Shown here: piece after piece, positions 9,724-18,366 of the stretch
How positions within the stretch are numbered: position 1 is the stretch's first letter
Layout: every line of letters starts with the position of its first letter
Source: Rhizobium sp. Q54
Lineage (GTDB): Bacteria > Pseudomonadota > Alphaproteobacteria > SMXQ01
DNA length: 59,446 nucleotides
Assembly: GCA_945861615.1 (NCBI GenBank)
Contig: CAMAVH010000003.1
Coordinates: forward strand, 1-59,446
Direction of reading: 5' to 3'
Made by a program: the position numbers and the translations under genes
The notes under the pieces: model-generated
The model's database searches: none
Told to the model about the DNA's origin: nothing
Seen by the model: the letters and a program-made list of their open reading frames with translations, nothing else

Positions 9724-11009
9724 GTCCAGCCGCCGATTCTCCACAGCCTTACGCCACGAAGCGCGCGCTCGTCGCCTGGTGCCTGTTCGACTGGGCCAAT
9801 TCCGCCTTTCCGGCGGTGATCCTGACCTTCGTCTTCGCCGCCTATTTCGCGCAAGGCGTGGCGGAGAGCCCGGTGATCGCCACCGGCCAATGGGGCCTGG
9901 CGCTGACCTGCTCGGCGCTCGCCATCGCCCTGCTGTCGCCGCTGCTCGGCGCCGTCGCCGACCAGGATGGCCGGCGCAAGCCGTGGATCGCCGTCTTGTC
10001 GCTGCTCTGCATCGCCGCCTGCGCCAGCCTGTGGTTCGTCAAGCCCGACCCGAGCTATGTGCTGCTCGCCCTGGTCGGCGTTGCCGTCGCCAATTTCGCC
10101 TTCGAGTTCAGCCTGGTGTTCTACAACGCCATGCTCAACGACTTGGTGCCGCCGGACCGACTCGGCCGCCTGTCGGGCTGGGGCTGGGGCGTCGGCTATG
10201 CCGGTGGATTGGTTTGTTTGGTGCTGGTGCTGGTCGGCTTCGTCAGCACGCCGGAGCCTTGGTTCGGCATCGGCAAGGACGAGGCGGCCCATGTGCGCAT
10301 CGTCGGCCCGATCGCGGCGCTGTGGTTTCTCGCCTTCGGCTGGGCGCTGTTCGTCTTCACGCCGGACCGGCCGTCCAAGCGCGTCTCGGCGCTCGTCGCC
10401 ATGCGCCAGGGCTGGGCGGCGCTGCTCGCCACCTTCAAGAACATCCGCCATTACGGCAACCCGGGGCGCTTCCTGCTCGCCCACATGATCTATACCGACG
10501 GGTTGAACACGCTCTTCGCCTTCGGCGGCATCTATGCCGCCGGCCAGTTCGGCATGGAGGTCGAGGAGGTCATCTGGTTCGGCATCGCCCTCAACCTGAC
10601 GGCGGGCTTGGGCGCCGCGGCCTTCGCCTGGGTCGACGATTGGATCGGCGCCAAGCGCACCATCGCCATCGCCCTCGTCGGTCTGGTGATCGTCGGGCTG
10701 GCGATTCTCGCGACCGACGACAAGATGGTGTTCTGGGGCCTCGGCCTGGCGCTCGGCATCTTCTTCGGCCCGGCCCAGGCGGCGAGCCGCTCGCTGATGG
10801 CCCGCCTGGCGCCCGCCGAGATGCAGGCGGAAATGTTCGGCCTCTTCGCGCTCTCGGGCAAGGCCACCGCCTTCATCGGTCCGGCGCTGTTCGGCTGGGC
10901 CACGGTCGCCTTCGACACCCAGCGCGCCGGCATGGCCACCGTGCTGGTCTTCTTCCTGATCGGCGGCGCCATCCTGTGGTTCGTCAAAGAACCGCAACGG
11001 CCTGCCTAG
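9720..11009 (+). CDS. MFS transporter, UMF1 (Atg22-like) family
   Basis: MSPAADSPQPYATKRALVAWCLFDWANSAFPAVILTFVFAAYF... with a polytopic hydrophobic profile. The ATG at 9720 overlaps the gdhB TGA (ATGA at 9720-9723). The track ORF from 9048 is a spurious 5' extension inside gdhB. Confidence 0.8.
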   Translation: MSPAADSPQPYATKRALVAWCLFDWANSAFPAVILTFVFAAYFAQGVAESPVIATGQWGLALTCSALAIALLSPLLGAVADQDGRRKPWIAVLSLLCIAACASLWFVKPDPSYVLLALVGVAVANFAFEFSLVFYNAMLNDLVPPDRLGRLSGWGWGVGYAGGLVCLVLVLVGFVSTPEPWFGIGKDEAAHVRIVGPIAALWFLAFGWALFVFTPDRPSKRVSALVAMRQGWAALLATFKNIRHYGNPGRFLLAHMIYTDGLNTLFAFGGIYAAGQFGMEVEEVIWFGIALNLTAGLGAAAFAWVDDWIGAKRTIAIALVGLVIVGLAILATDDKMVFWGLGLALGIFFGPAQAASRSLMARLAPAEMQAEMFGLFALSGKATAFIGPALFGWATVAFDTQRAGMATVLVFFLIGGAILWFVKEPQRPA

Positions 11010-11061
11010 CCCCTGAACCCCCCTGGCTCTGGCTCATTTTTGGCTGAAAAGAGCCGGACGG

Positions 11062-11075
11062 TTGATCCAGATCAA
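11062..11075 (+). promoter_or_regulatory. Perfect FNR/FixK-type box TTGATccagATCAA upstream of the bicupin gene
   Basis: Exact match to TTGAT-N4-ATCAA. The centre is about 69 nt upstream of the ATG at 11138. A TATCAT -10 candidate at 11099-11104 puts the box near -42, which is class II geometry. Confidence 0.5.
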
Positions 11076-11137
11076 TGAACTATTAGATATCTAAGGAATA
11101 TCATAGGCTATCTTCATTGCGGCCAAGGAGACAGCCG

Positions 11138-12277
11138 ATGGCGACGTTCCAGGATATCGAATGCAATTTGGTGGACGCTTGCGGGCGTCAGACCCCCGAG
11201 GCGATGGCCTGGGGCGACCATAATCTGCCCATGTGGGAGCCGGTGAAGGTTCCCAAAAAGCGCATCGAGCAGGAAATCGAGCGTCTCGCGTCCGTCGCCA
11301 AGCCGGCCAACGGCGTGCGCCGCACCCACTTCATCCATCCGCGCTGCACCGACGGCAGCAAGGCCTTTGCGCCGGGCGTCGATGTGTCGCTCAACGTGCT
11401 GTTGCCGGGCGAGCGCACGGCGCCGGTGCGCCAGAACGCCTCCGTCGTCGACTTCTGCATCCAGGGCGGCGGCACGGCGATCGCCAACGGCAAGGCCCAT
11501 GCCTTCAAGCAATACGACACCTTCACCTCGCCATCGATGTCGGTGCATCAGTACGTCAACGACACGAAAGAGATCCAGGTGCGGATGCGCTATTCGAACG
11601 GCGCGCTGCTCGAGAAGCTCTGCACGCATTATGTCGACGAAAACCCGCCGACCGACGCCAGCCAGGCTGCCGCCGCGCCCAAGGCGTCCGAGTTGCGCGC
11701 CGATCACCGCAATCCGTTCGGCAGCTTCCAGCTGACCGAGGAAGGCACCTGGCTCGCCCCTTATGAACAGCTCGTCAATCCCGAGCCGGTCGAATACAAG
11801 CCGAAGCTCTGGGCCTGGCAGGACGTGAAGCGCGAACTCGACAAGCTCGCCGATCTCGGCGCGAACTACAAAGGCCGCCGCCTCTATCTGCTGTGGGATC
11901 CGGTGACGGGCCGCGCCAACGGCGTGACGCCGAACTTCTTCTCGACGATCACCGTCCGCCCCGGCGGCATCACCGACCGTCCGCATCGCCATGTCTCGGC
12001 GGCGATGAACTACATCTTCGGCGGCCGTGGCCATTCGATGGTCCAGGGCAAGCGCTACGAATGGGAGGCCGGCGACTTCATGTTCACGGCGCCCGGCTGG
12101 GCGATCCACAGCCACTCGGCGGACGAAGGCCCGGTCTACGAAATGACCATTCAGGACTTTGCCTTCAACATCAACGCCGACTCGTTGCTGTGGCAGGAAG
12201 ACATGAAGGGGCCGATCACGTTGCTCGGCTCGCACGCCGGCTTCGAGACCAACCGCACGCTGGTCGCCGCCGTCTGA
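11138..12277 (+). CDS. Bicupin protein, gentisate 1,2-dioxygenase-like (metal-ligand His residues retained only in the C-terminal cupin)
   Basis: SD aaggaga lies 6 nt before the ATG at 11138. The C-terminal half reads ...RRLYLLWDPVTG...RPGGITDRPHRHVSAAMNYIFGGRGHSMVQGKRYEWEAGDFMFTAPGWAIHSH, a cupin HxH motif. The N-terminal half has the same fold pattern, but the HRH position is VRQ. Confidence 0.75.
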   Translation: MATFQDIECNLVDACGRQTPEAMAWGDHNLPMWEPVKVPKKRIEQEIERLASVAKPANGVRRTHFIHPRCTDGSKAFAPGVDVSLNVLLPGERTAPVRQNASVVDFCIQGGGTAIANGKAHAFKQYDTFTSPSMSVHQYVNDTKEIQVRMRYSNGALLEKLCTHYVDENPPTDASQAAAAPKASELRADHRNPFGSFQLTEEGTWLAPYEQLVNPEPVEYKPKLWAWQDVKRELDKLADLGANYKGRRLYLLWDPVTGRANGVTPNFFSTITVRPGGITDRPHRHVSAAMNYIFGGRGHSMVQGKRYEWEAGDFMFTAPGWAIHSHSADEGPVYEMTIQDFAFNINADSLLWQEDMKGPITLLGSHAGFETNRTLVAAV

Positions 12278-12295
12278 TCAAAGCGGCTATCAACG

Positions 12296-12336
12296 AGAAA
12301 AGGCGGAGGGCTTACCACCCTCCGCCATTTTCTTTT
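12296..12336. terminator. Bidirectional rho-independent terminator between the convergent bicupin gene and purH
   Basis: Stem ggcggaggg (12302-12310), loop cttacca, stem ccctccgcc (12318-12326). Flanked by gagaaaa on one side and attttctttt on the other. Confidence 0.65.
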
Positions 12337-12354
12337 GCCGAGTGCGCCGTTCGA

Positions 12355-13947
12355 TCAATGGCGGAAGTGGCGGATGCCGGTGAAGACCATGGCGAGGCCG
12401 GCGTCATCGGCGGCCTTGATCACCTCGTCGTCGCGGATCGATCCGCCCGGCTGGATCACCGCCGTGGCGCCCGCTTCGGCGGCGGCGAGCAGGCCGTCGG
12501 CGAAGGGGAAGAAGGCATCCGAGGCGACGACCGAGCCCTTGGCGCGCGTCTCGCTCTCGCCGGCCGCCTTGGCCGATTCCTGCGCCTTCCAGGCGGCGAT
12601 GCGCGAGCTGTCGACGCGGCTCATCTGGCCGGCGCCGATGCCGACCGTGGCGCCGTCCTTCACATAGACGATGGCGTTCGACTTCACATGCTTGGCGACC
12701 GTGAAGGCGAACAGCATGTCGGCGATCTGCGCCGGCGTCGGCTGCTTCTTGGTGACGACCTTGAGATCGGCCGCCGTCAAGCGGTGCGAATCGCGCGTCT
12801 GCAGCAGATAGCCGCCGGCGAGCGAACGGATGGTCTGGCCGGGCTTCGAGGCATCGGGCATCGCGCCGGTCTCGAGCACGCGCACGTTCTTCTTGCCAGC
12901 GAGCAGGGCCTTGGCCTTGTCGTCGAGCTTGGGGGCGATCACCACTTCGACGAACAGCTTGGCGATCTCGGCGGCGGTCTCCTCGTCGAGCGTGCCGTTC
13001 GCGGCGATGATGCCGCCGAAGGCCGAGACGGGATCGCAGGCGAGCGCGCGCAAGTACGCTTCCTTCAGCGTCTTGCCTTGCGCCACGCCGCAGGGATTGG
13101 CGTGCTTGATGATGGCGATGGCCGGGCCCGAGGTGAATTCGCCGGCCAGTTCGAAGGCGGCATCGGTGTCGTTGAGATTGTTGAAGCTGAGCTCCTTGCC
13201 CTGAATTTGCTTTGCCGTGGCGAGGCCGGGACGCGGATCGCTCGTGTTCGCGTAGAAGGCGGCGGACTGATGCGGATTCTCGCCGTAGCGCAGCTCCTGC
13301 TTCAACTCGCCGGCGAACACCGCGCGCGGCGCGTAATCGACGCCGTTCTCCTTGGAGAACCAGGCGGAGATCGCCGCGTCATAGGCGCCGGTGCGGGCAT
13401 AGGCCTGGGCGGCGAGCTTGCGGCGCAAGGCGAGCGTGGTCTGGCCCTTGTTCGCGGCCATCTCAGCCTGCACGGCGGCATAGTCCGACGCATCGGTCAG
13501 CACCGCGACCCAGGGATGATTCTTCGAGGCGCCGCGAATGAGGGCGGGGCCGCCGATGTCGATATTCTCGATGCAGGTCTCGAAGTCGGCGCCCTTGGCG
13601 ACAGTGGATTCGAACGGATAGAGGTTGATGGCGACGAGATCGATCGGCGCAATGTTGTGCGTCTTCATCGCCGCCGCATGTTCCGGGTTGTCGCGGATCG
13701 CCAAGAGGCCGCCATGGATGATGGGATGGAGCGTTTTCACGCGGCCGTCCATCATCTCGGGAAAGCCGGTCGCCTCGGAGACGTCGATCACGGTCAGGCC
13801 GGCGTCGCGCAGCGCCTTGGCGGTGCCGCCGGTCGACAAGAGCTCGACGCCCTGGGCCGCGAGGAATTTGGCGAACTCGACGAGGCCGGTCTTGTCAGAG
13901 ACCGAGATGAGGGCGCGGCGGACGGGAACGAGATCGGGACTGGACAT
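12355..13947 (-). CDS. purH: Bifunctional AICAR formyltransferase / IMP cyclohydrolase
   Basis: [29 protein letters not shown]... (MGS-like domain) followed by the AICARFT domain. I prefer the start at ATG 13947, which has ggag upstream, over 14022. Confidence 0.95.
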   Translation of the reverse strand: MSSPDLVPVRRALISVSDKTGLVEFAKFLAAQGVELLSTGGTAKALRDAGLTVIDVSEATGFPEMMDGRVKTLHPIIHGGLLAIRDNPEHAAAMKTHNIAPIDLVAINLYPFESTVAKGADFETCIENIDIGGPALIRGASKNHPWVAVLTDASDYAAVQAEMAANKGQTTLALRRKLAAQAYARTGAYDAAISAWFSKENGVDYAPRAVFAGELKQELRYGENPHQSAAFYANTSDPRPGLATAKQIQGKELSFNNLNDTDAAFELAGEFTSGPAIAIIKHANPCGVAQGKTLKEAYLRALACDPVSAFGGIIAANGTLDEETAAEIAKLFVEVVIAPKLDDKAKALLAGKKNVRVLETGAMPDASKPGQTIRSLAGGYLLQTRDSHRLTAADLKVVTKKQPTPAQIADMLFAFTVAKHVKSNAIVYVKDGATVGIGAGQMSRVDSSRIAAWKAQESAKAAGESETRAKGSVVASDAFFPFADGLLAAAEAGATAVIQPGGSIRDDEVIKAADDAGLAMVFTGIRHFRH

Positions 13948-13975
13948 GGAAACTCCGGAAGCGGGCGGTGGATTT

Positions 13976-15931
13976 TTATTTGCCGGCGCCGTGACTGGCC
14001 GGGGAATGGTTGGGCGCGGCATATTCGGGCACGAGGCGGCCGATCAGCGCGAGCAGGCCGGCGCGGTCACGCGCCCGGGCGGCGGTCTCGAGCGCGGCGA
14101 GGCCGTCTTTCAAGGTCGCGCCATCGACGCCGCGCGGATGGGCGGTGTGAATGCCGGGATAGCGCGTCGGCGTCAAGGCTTCGGCGTCATGGAAGAGTTC
14201 TTCATAAAGCTTCTCGCCGGGGCGCAGGCCGGTGAAGGCGATCTTCACGTCGCGGTCGGGGCGCAGGCCGGCGAGGCGGATCATCTGACGCGCGAGATCG
14301 GCGATCTTCACGGGCTCGCCCATGTCGAGCACGTAGATATGATCGTTGCGCGTCCCCGAGGTCTCTTCGGCGCCGAGCACGGAGGCTTCGAGCACCAGCT
14401 CGACCGCTTCGCGCACGGTCATGAAATAGCGCGTCACGTCGGGATGCGTGACCGTCAGCGGACCGCCGACGGCGAGCTGGCGCTGGAACAAGGGGACCAC
14501 CGAACCGGTCGAGCCCAGCACGTTGCCGAAGCGCACGACGACATAACGCGTCGCGGGGTTGGCGGCGCCGACCGTTTGCACGGCGCATTCGGCGATGCGC
14601 TTGGTCGCGCCCATGACGGAGGAGGGATTGACCGCCTTGTCGGTCGAGATCATCACCATGGCGGCGACCTTGGCGCGCGCGCAGGCCTCGGCGACATTGC
14701 GCGTGCCGACGACGTTGGTTAGCGCGCCTTCGGCCGGATGCAGCTCGACCATCGGCACATGTTTGAGCGCGGCGGCGTGGAACACCAGTTCGGGCTGCTC
14801 TTCGGCGAGGATCGCGTCGATGCGCGCCGCGTCGCGCACGTCGGCGAGAATGGCGGCGCGCGGCAAGTCCGGCGCGCGTTCGCCGATTTCGAGATCGATC
14901 GTGTAGAGCGCATATTCGGAATGGTCGAGCAGCGCCAAGCGCGCCGGGCCGTACGCGGCGATCTGGCGCGACAGTTCGCCGCCGATGGTGCCGCCGGCCC
15001 CCGTCACCAGCACGCGCTTGCCGGCGATCAGGCCGGCCATGCGGCTGCGGTCGAGCACGGTCTGCGGCCGGCCGAGCAGGTCTTCGATGGCGATGGGCCG
15101 CACGTCGATGGCGCCGACGCCGCCCTCTTGGGCGCGGAAATCCGTCAGCTTGGGCAGGCGGGCGACCGTCAGGCCAAGGCTATCGGCTTGATCGACCAGC
15201 GCGCGCAGGCGGCGGCCCTGGAGATTGTCTTCGCTGGTGATCAGCCGTTGCGGCGCGTCGTTGCCGCGCCGTAGCCGTTCGATGACGGCGGGCAGATCGT
15301 CGAGCCCGCCGAGCACGCTGAGGCCATGGATCTGCCGGCCGACGCGCGTGCCCTTGTCGTCGATCAGGCCGACGACGCGATAAAGCGCGCGGGGATTGGC
15401 GTTCATCGAACGGATGAACAGTTCCGCGCCGTCGCCGGCGCCGATCAGCAGGACCGGCACGCGGCCGCTGGTCGCTGCGGCGCGCTGCGGGGTGAGCAGC
15501 CCCTTCAGGCCGCGGTCCTTGATCATGCGATAGGCGAGGCGCGAGCCGCCCATCAGGGCGATGAGCAGGACGGCGGCCATGATCAGCGCCGAGCGCGGCA
15601 TGGCTTCGAGGCGGGTGATGAAGAACAGCAGCAGGACGAAGAGCAGCACGGTCAGCACGGCGGCGCGCGCGATCTGCAGCAGCTCGCCGGTCGAGACATA
15701 GCGCCAGACCGCGCGGTAGAGCCCGAGCATGATGAAAACGGCGACGGCGCAGGCGACGAACAGCGGCGTGCCGAGCAGGATCAGGTCGGGCGAATAGTCG
15801 AAGGCCTCGCCGCCGAGACGCAGCTGCAAGGCCAGCCAATAGGCGAGCGCCGCCATGAGCGCGTCATGGACGAGGATCAGCGCGGCGCGCTGCAGCATGG
15901 TCATTCGGGAGGAGAGAGGCGGCGTGCTCAC
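13976..15931 (-). CDS. Membrane-anchored nucleotide-sugar 4,6-dehydratase (CapD/WbpM/PglF family)
   Basis: Four N-terminal TM helices, Rossmann motif [14 protein letters not shown], 651 aa. Confidence 0.9.
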   Translation of the reverse strand: MSTPPLSSRMTMLQRAALILVHDALMAALAYWLALQLRLGGEAFDYSPDLILLGTPLFVACAVAVFIMLGLYRAVWRYVSTGELLQIARAAVLTVLLFVLLLFFITRLEAMPRSALIMAAVLLIALMGGSRLAYRMIKDRGLKGLLTPQRAAATSGRVPVLLIGAGDGAELFIRSMNANPRALYRVVGLIDDKGTRVGRQIHGLSVLGGLDDLPAVIERLRRGNDAPQRLITSEDNLQGRRLRALVDQADSLGLTVARLPKLTDFRAQEGGVGAIDVRPIAIEDLLGRPQTVLDRSRMAGLIAGKRVLVTGAGGTIGGELSRQIAAYGPARLALLDHSEYALYTIDLEIGERAPDLPRAAILADVRDAARIDAILAEEQPELVFHAAALKHVPMVELHPAEGALTNVVGTRNVAEACARAKVAAMVMISTDKAVNPSSVMGATKRIAECAVQTVGAANPATRYVVVRFGNVLGSTGSVVPLFQRQLAVGGPLTVTHPDVTRYFMTVREAVELVLEASVLGAEETSGTRNDHIYVLDMGEPVKIADLARQMIRLAGLRPDRDVKIAFTGLRPGEKLYEELFHDAEALTPTRYPGIHTAHPRGVDGATLKDGLAALETAARARDRAGLLALIGRLVPEYAAPNHSPASHGAGK

Positions 15932-16093
15932 GCCGGAATCTTTCTGGCTGGACGGGTCATGTGGGGAACCGCGTTGTTGTCCCCGGACGGCGAAGGGCAG
16001 GGCGAATCGGCGGCATATTGGTCCACATCCCCAGCCTATGCAACGCGCGAGACGGAACCCTGAAAAAGCGCCGGTTTCGGCGGCAAACGCCGG

Positions 16094-17101
16094 TCAAAGC
16101 GCGCGGCCGGCGCGGGCGAGCCAGGCCAGCAAAAGCGCCACCACGAGGGCGGCGCCGATGAGCGCGGGCAGCACGGCGCCGCCGACCGCGACCAGGGCCA
16201 GAACGGCCAGCAGGAGATTGGCGGCCGCGATCGGCCGCACGATCCGGTCGTGCGGCAGGCCGCGCAGCACGGGGCGCTGATAGAAATGCTCGCGGTGGGC
16301 GCGCCAGACCTTCTCGCCGCGCGCCGCGCGGCGCAACAGGGTGAGGGTCGCATCGGCGAGATAATAGAGCGGCAGGATCAGCGCCGCCGCCCATTGTCCG
16401 GCGGCGGCGGTTCCGAGCAACAAGCCGCCGAGCAAGAAGCCCAGCGGCACGCTGCCGACGTCGCCGAGGAAGATGCGCGCCGGGTGCCAGTTCCACAGCA
16501 GGAATCCGACAGCGGCCGCGGCCGCGATCAGGCCGAGCCAGCCTTGCCAGAGCAGGACGCCGGGCACCAGTAGGGAAAGCGCGAAAAGCCCGAGACCGAT
16601 GGCGACGGTCTCGACGCCGGTGATGCCATCGATGCCGTCCATGAAATTGTAGAGATTGATGAACCAGACCCACAGCAGGCCGGCGGCGATGCGATCGAGC
16701 AGCGGCGGCAATAGGCCCTGGAAGATCAGCGCGTCGGTCGGCAGCAGCGCCAAGGCGGCCGTGACCACCAGGATATGGATGGAAAAGCGCAAGGCGGCGG
16801 AGAGATCCATCAGATCGTCGAGCCAGGAGAGCAGCGCCAAAATCGCCATGCCGGCAAGCAAGGCGCCGAGTTCGAGACGCGCCGCCGGCCAAAAAATGGC
16901 GAGCGCGCCGCCGGCGAGAATCAGCACCGCCATGATCGCCAGACCGCCGCCGCGCGGCGTCGGGCGGGTGTGGCTCGAGCGTTCGTTCGGCCGGTCGAGA
17001 ATGTCGCGGCGTTGCAAATGGCCCAAGACGATGCGGGTCGCGATCCAGGAGAGCGCGGCAAGACCGAGGAAGGCGCCGCCGGCGATCAGAAGATCGTTCA
17101 T
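16094..17101 (-). CDS. Glycosyltransferase family 4 (WecA/WbpL/MraY-like) polyprenyl-phosphate HexNAc-1-phosphate transferase
   Basis: MNDLLIAGGAFLGL...PNERSSHTRPTPRGGG...NLYNFMDGIDGITG motif. The ATG at 17101 overlaps the stop of the upstream ligase gene (ATGA). The 5' extension in the track is Arg-rich and was rejected. Confidence 0.85.
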   Translation of the reverse strand: MNDLLIAGGAFLGLAALSWIATRIVLGHLQRRDILDRPNERSSHTRPTPRGGGLAIMAVLILAGGALAIFWPAARLELGALLAGMAILALLSWLDDLMDLSAALRFSIHILVVTAALALLPTDALIFQGLLPPLLDRIAAGLLWVWFINLYNFMDGIDGITGVETVAIGLGLFALSLLVPGVLLWQGWLGLIAAAAAVGFLLWNWHPARIFLGDVGSVPLGFLLGGLLLGTAAAGQWAAALILPLYYLADATLTLLRRAARGEKVWRAHREHFYQRPVLRGLPHDRIVRPIAAANLLLAVLALVAVGGAVLPALIGAALVVALLLAWLARAGRAL

Positions 17102-18366
17102 GCCGCCTCTTGCCGCGCCGGCAGGAAGAGAACGATCAGCGCGGCGGCAAGGCCAAGGCTGGAGAGCCACCAGGCCTGCCAGGCGCCGAAGCTGAGATTG
17201 GCGATGACGAAAGCCGCCGTAAAGCCGCCGATGGCGATGGCGCGGTTCGCGCGGCCGGTTGTCTGGCGCGCGATCAAGCTGAGCGGAAAGAGCCAGAGCC
17301 CGGCCATCAAAGCCGCGCCGGGCAGGCCCAGTTCGAGCCACCATTGCAGCGGCGCGTTATGGGTGTGCAACGGCAGCCTTTCGCCCATGATCGGCGTCGG
17401 CGCCAGGATAAGCACGACCTTCTCCTTGCCGCCGGGAATGGCGCGGGCGGCGTTCATGCCCCAGCCGGTCAGCGGCTTGTCGGCGATGCGTTCGGCGGAA
17501 AAGCGCCAGACGATGATGCGGTGCGCGATCGACAGGTTTTGCGTGCGGGCGGTGATGGCGTCGGTGTCGAGCGTCTTCATCGTCAAAGGCGGCAGCAAAG
17601 GAGCGGCGGCGACGAACAGGACGATGGCGCCGCCGATCAGCCAGGGCATCGCGCGCGGCAACGCCAGCGTGATCAGAACGGCGAGCAGCGCCGCAACAGC
17701 AGCAAGCTGCAAGGATGATCCGTAGTAGATCATGATGACGCCAAGGACGGCGATGCCGAGCGCGGAACGCTTGGCCGCGCTGGCGAGCACCAGCAGCGCC
17801 GGGAAGGTCAGCAGCAGCAGCACGGTGAGGCCGCGGTTGTAGCGCGAGAAGATCTGGTCCGGGCCGATGTTGCTCAGATCGTGTAGCCGGCGGCCGAGCC
17901 AGGCATCGTCGAGCCGTTCGACGATCAGCAGGGCCAAGGCGGCGAGAACGCCGGCAAGCAGAGCTTGGCCGAGACGGTGCCGCGCTTCGTCGTTCAGGCG
18001 GCGCCCCGCAGCGAGATGGACAAGGGCGGCAACGGCGACGCTGAGCACCTGTCCCGTACTGACCAGCGCTTGCGTCGGTTCGACGGCCCAGGCCGCGCTG
18101 GCGAGCGCCCACACAGCGAGCGCCGCGCACAGCAGCGCGAACAGGCGCAAGGCGCGCGATTCGCGAAAGGCGGCGATCAGATCGCGCGGCAGGCCGCCCG
18201 ACCGCAGCATGTCGGCGATCAGTAGCGCGAGCGCGCTCGCGGCGAACAGCGGGGCCATGCCGAGCGGCGCGAAGATCGAGAGCAGGGGCGCGATGAAAGC
18301 GGTGACGGCAAAAATGCCGCCGTCCCAGCTGATGCCCGTTGCGCGCAAGCGCAGCGGCAGGCTCAT
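17098..18366 (-). CDS. O-antigen ligase / Wzy_C-family polytopic membrane protein
   Basis: More than 10 hydrophobic helices. Wzy_C-type loop ...PLHTHNAPLQWWLELGLPGAALMAG. Confidence 0.75.
   Translation of the reverse strand: MSLPLRLRATGISWDGGIFAVTAFIAPLLSIFAPLGMAPLFAASALALLIADMLRSGGLPRDLIAAFRESRALRLFALLCAALAVWALASAAWAVEPTQALVSTGQVLSVAVAALVHLAAGRRLNDEARHRLGQALLAGVLAALALLIVERLDDAWLGRRLHDLSNIGPDQIFSRYNRGLTVLLLLTFPALLVLASAAKRSALGIAVLGVIMIYYGSSLQLAAVAALLAVLITLALPRAMPWLIGGAIVLFVAAAPLLPPLTMKTLDTDAITARTQNLSIAHRIIVWRFSAERIADKPLTGWGMNAARAIPGGKEKVVLILAPTPIMGERLPLHTHNAPLQWWLELGLPGAALMAGLWLFPLSLIARQTTGRANRAIAIGGFTAAFVIANLSFGAWQAWWLSSLGLAAALIVLFLPARQEAA

Noticed and set aside
11893-14235. 780-aa plus-strand ORF overlapping the end of the bicupin gene, the terminator and the antisense of purH
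   Set aside because: It runs through a clear bidirectional terminator and opposite purH. It is a GC artefact.
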